From: Takakia lepidozioides | Taxonomy: Eukaryota; Plantae; Bryophyta | Direction: 5' to 3' | Assembly: GCA_030704615.1 (NCBI GenBank) | Contig: CM060732.1 | Span: 28,706,001-28,770,000 of the forward strand | DNA length: 64,000 bases | Shown: positions 59,601 through 64,000 of the stretch, piece after piece | How positions within the stretch are numbered: position 1 is the first letter of the stretch | How the letters are laid out: each line of letters opens with the position of its first letter | The notes under the pieces: model-generated | The model's input: the letters and a program-made list of their open reading frames with translations, nothing else | Told to the model about the DNA's origin: nothing | Database searches by the model: none | Position numbers and translations under genes: made by a program

Positions 59601-62600
59601 CCCCGAGCTGGGGTTTGCTCCTGCACCTACTGCCGTTGAGCTATGGCTTCTGCGGAGCCATCAGCCCCGTCGCCCTGCATTCCTGAGCTCTCACGACCCA
59701 CTAGAAGTGCCCTTAACTCAACAAGCAAGCTATATGCTGCCCAACAAGCTCCATTTCTTCATGAAGCTCACAAAAACGAATCTGAAAATACACACATTTA
59801 TAACCTTGGTGTACCTGCAGTTCTACTGCACATTCCCTGGCTCTAGGACGCCTTGTTGCTGCCCTTCCAGCCCCCGCTCTTGCCACTCCAAGAGCCCTTG
59901 TGCTAGAGTTTCAGATGGAAACTTCCAACTCAAATACATGCTTCACAGGTGCACTGATTTGCACACAAGATGCACCAGCCCTCTCTCTTCATTCATACCT
60001 CTTCATGAGCTTGGAGCTGAATCTCCCAACAGGCTGCGATGCATCCCCTCGCAGCTCCACTATTCGGCTGCTCCTCATCTATCCGCAACAACTAGTTTCG
60101 GGCAGAAATACCTGGAGCTGATCATATCATCCACAACTGCAACACGCTAGCTTCCCATGCGCAGCCCACATTCCTTCAACTCCTTAACTCGGCCTGCAGC
60201 TGAAGAAGACGACCACCAGTTCGCCCACTCATGGCCAGCATCTTCTCCGCTTCACAGTAGAAGCCCAAACTTGGTTGCCATACTGTTGAGCTATGCAACA
60301 CTGACAGCCTCTCTATCCATTGCAAACCTGCAACCTGTTCGCCTTCGCATTCTATCCGCTTTGGATAGGCTCATGCACGGATCCCTGCACTCTAGGCTGA
60401 ACCGCTTTTCATGATCTGAAAACACAAGTGCTACAACTAACTCGAACTTGGCACTCACAGACTCGAGCTGATCTTTCTCGAGTGATAAAGAAAGGAATGA
60501 TGCAAGCACACAAGCTCTCTCAAACTCACATACTTGCACATGAAAATATCACTCATATATTAAGTCGAGCCAAGTGCACCCCACGCAATGGGGAATCCAC
60601 ACTACGGCGCCATAGCTAGACGCGGTGAGGCTCAACTCGAGAAAGATGAGCCCACCGCGATTTGCCGTGAAGATAACAACGCCAGGTGCCCAAACATGTA
60701 TTGGCCCCTGGATTGACACTTGGGTCAATCCCAAATGTCAATATATAAAAGAACGTATGCTAGAATTGGAGATTGAAATGCAGGAGGTGCTTTATAACAG
60801 GCCCTCCAGTCAGTCACTTGTTGCCAACTTATCTCAAAACCCGTCTGAAATATTGGCCTAATGAGGTGTGCTCTCTGTGGTCTGAAGGAGCCGAGGTATT
60901 TTTACCAAAGCTGATTTCCAGTGGAATTGTCACCCATCATCTTGATCTCTCCATGTATCCTCACCTCTGATGTTCTAAAGTCGACCAACCATGTCCACTC
61001 TGAAAGTCAGAGCCAAGAGTGGCAACAAAGATGAAAACTTTCGGGAGTTCAAGCATAGCTTTGCAATTGACGGTGGTGAAGTCAGAGGACATGCACGGGG
61101 TTGAAGCACAAATGGCAGCAGGATGGCGAATGCAATCCGCCGCAAAATGTGTTTCTGTTTCTTAGCAGTTTGATAATTTGATTGCCAAACAATCGCTGCG
61201 TGATATCAACAAGGATGTTGTGGAGGTACTTTTGCGTTGATTTTACCTCATGGCTACAGCTTGTGGGCTCTCTGATGATTGTCTATGTCAACCGATAGAT
61301 GCAAGATTCCAAGTTCGGTTCCTGTGATGTTCAACGATGTTGGAGTGCAAGAAGCTCGGCTGTAGGATCAATGAACTAGAGTTTGGCACTGCGAATGTGA
61401 GGGCCTAGGATGCGAAGAACTGTCTTCAGGAATAAAAGATCATGCATGATTCAGAACGTGGGGAATGGATGTTTCTTACACCTGTTTGCAATTTCTTAGG
61501 CACTGTGATGCGAGGTGCTCGGAATGTTTTGCAGGGGAAGGAAAATGATATCTTATTCATGTTAGGGGAATTGAAGTGAAGCACTGCATGTGTCTGCAGG
61601 TCTTTATGGGCACTGCAGGTCTCAGCCAGGGTAGTGGTGGGGTTGGCCATTGTTGGCTTTGCCCTTTGCTATGGCCGGCGAAGAAAGCCCCGTTGGTTAT
61701 GAGACTGTGCATAGATTTGTACATACTTCTTGGTAGCAGTAGTGATGGCACGATAAGGCATGTCTCATAGGCCAGTTGCAATTTATTTAGATGGTGAGCT
61801 TGGAGAAAGTACATGAGATAACATCAAAGCTGTTTCTCCATCTGTTGGTGTATGGTTCCAATTAGCCATTGGATGCCATGCAGTCTAGTTCGCAATTCTT
61901 AATATAGTTTGTAATCCTCTGCTTGGTCTGGGGTTGCACTCACAGCATTATGGTGCCCAGTGCCCAGTGCTTCTTTCTCCACTAATTTCTCGATGCGCAT
62001 TCACCAATGGAGGAACATGCGGTCTGTTGCTCACCTGAAATCGCACAAAAACTCAATCAACACGCTAGAAACCGTAGGGTCAGTGAGAGAGAGGGGGACT
62101 ATAAATTTGGATGGGAGTAACAACTGCACAAAATAGATTCTTTTCAAGATAGCAAACTGCCTTGTCAAACCTTTTCTGCCAAGAGCAATACACAATTTTT
62201 GGGAAACCACATACACATCTGTGTGAGTCAGAGAGGAAAAACAGAGAGAGTGCACAAAGGGACCTTTCCCTGGACACGCAACCATCGAGACCTTGCAACA
62301 AACCGGTGTTGGCTCCTGCATTTAGTGCTAACTCCTAAAACACTAGACAGATTTTGCAAATGGAAATTTACAAATGTTCTTCAACTTGCACTGCCAAGAA
62401 ATGGCACACATCAGCTGCTCTTGAAGAATGAACTGCAGATCCAACAGTCAGGTTGAAGAGAGCATCTACAAGCACAACCCACCCACCAGGAATTCAATTG
62501 GGGTACTTTGTTCAATTTAGGGAGAGGACTGGCAAATGTACCTGGCGCAATAGCCAGCGTAGGGATTCTGGCAAAAAAAACAAACAAAAGTGCTTGCAGA

Positions 62601-63429
62601 ATGGCTGGGAGGCCTGCAATCCCCAACATCCAACAGCCAATTGCCACCTGAACATTAACAGAGATCAAGTTGAAACGGGCCACTTCATTATCCTACAATT
62701 TGTTTGTAGTGTTGAGGTTTTCAGATGTATATCAGCTTTTAGTTTGCAAACGGAAGTTTACAATAACTGTCTGATTGCGTTTATTTAACCAATTAGAAAA
62801 TATTCTCAGTGTTCTCACCATCTACAGGGGAGTTGAGTGTACATCGTACATGGACTTGAACAAGGCCAGTGTGGATATCAATGCTCTGCATCAAATTATT
62901 GTAATCCTTTTCTTGGATTACAAGAAAAGGATTTCGAGAAAAGGATTACCTACTATTGCCATGCTCACAATGGTCTCCTGCCACCGATCAACAGAATAAC
63001 ATAGTAATTTAAGATCATGAATCAATCTATTGGTTACAAATAAAGCTGAATTTCAGTGACACTCAGGTGAAATTATCTGTCATCACTCAAGAGCACTACC
63101 ATCCAAGAATGTGTGGTCGTCCCAGTAGACCTCTCCTGACAATTATCCCAGAAATGTCTGGTCACAGATCTAGTGCTAAATTGGAGAATTGAAGACAGAA
63201 GGGGAGCACCATTGAAGAGCAGAAGATAGAACATTGTCACACACATAAATAACCCGCAAGAAGGTGCTCTTGTCTACTTCCTCGAAGTAATCCCGAATGT
63301 AAAGAAGAGCCCCGGATATAACCCCCGGTTCCGGCAACACCCAGTACATTTTCTCCAGAAAAAGAGGGAGAAAAAGAGGGTAGTTTTGATCTTGAGATAG
63401 ACACAGAGAGGATAAGGAAGAGAGACTAC

Positions 63430-63590
63430 CTGACACAACAGTCAACATAGAGAGAGTAATTTCTGTAGATGGAGCAGTGCCACCTGTTAGGTATTTTTCC
63501 AACAACACCATGACTGGAGTCAAACGCTTCAGCACATTATATGCATGAATACTTAAGACAGAAGGAGCAGCAAGCTACAGCTCAAGAATG
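63430..63590 (-). pseudogene. Nucleotide-sugar transporter (SLC35/TPT-type) gene fragment
   Basis: SIHAYNVLKRLTPVMVLLEKYLTGGTAPSTEITLSMLTVVSG resembles the 'IPMY..LKRLTP..VL' motif of plant nucleotide-sugar transporters. The frame is broken upstream and fused to unrelated sequence downstream. Confidence 0.55.
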
Positions 63591-64000
63591 AAGAAGAAAT
63601 TACAAAGAGAAGGAACTCCGTACAAAGCAAGAGAGAAGCAAAAATCAAAGCAAGAGAGAAGGAGCTACAATTGAAGAAGGAAGATGGAACTTAAATCATC
63701 CACAGCTTTTGCTAAGCCTCCTCCCAACAGCTGTAAGAACCCACACTTCCTCCCGCCTATCTCACAGCATCCCCTGTACAATCTGTGTGCAGAAGTAGAA
63801 GGATTGATCGTGAAAGGATGTCGAGGAAGATGAGGCACAGAGCAGAGCAGCGCGCGAAAGCCTGCACTCAAATGCGCTCCAAGGACCACGCTCCTCATGA
63901 CTCATCCCCCTCCCTCTCTCCCTTTCTACTCATCCTACTACAAAGACAAGGAACTGCAAAGAGCAAAAGCAAAGAGCAAAGAATGAAGCGCGAAAGACAT

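Noticed and set aside
60600-60700. Second CACTA terminus (CACTACGG)
   Set aside because: No partner TIR, TSD or transposase; same orientation as the 21300 terminus, so it cannot pair with it.

Overview
Eukaryotic, intron-containing plant nuclear DNA; the host genes and transposon types suggest a seed-free land plant such as a bryophyte or lycophyte (inference). The first ~14 kb holds three host genes: the 3' end of a DEAD-box RNA helicase, a small protein with a 'RNHLVEKAAKAYLQP' motif, and a YkgJ/CxxCxxCC-type metal-binding protein. MITEs and tRNA-derived SINEs are scattered through this part. From ~17 kb onward the window is a nested transposon cluster: (i) a decayed Ty3/Gypsy element with a dUTPase-like domain upstream of RT, interrupted by a CACTA fragment; (ii) a complex duplicated/foldback region; (iii) a young Ty3/Gypsy chromovirus whose two LTRs match only over 335 bp, apparently inserted into (iv) a Mutator-like element with a GCM-like/DDE/SWIM transposase and a divergent accessory gene; (v) LINE and LTR remnants and an unexplained strand-biased block; and (vi) the top finding, a Ty3/Gypsy element (~50.9-58.8 kb, minus strand) with a DNMT3-like cytosine-5 DNA methyltransferase between protease and RT and a PHD finger at the integrase C-terminus. 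All family assignments were made by eye from motifs; no searches were run.
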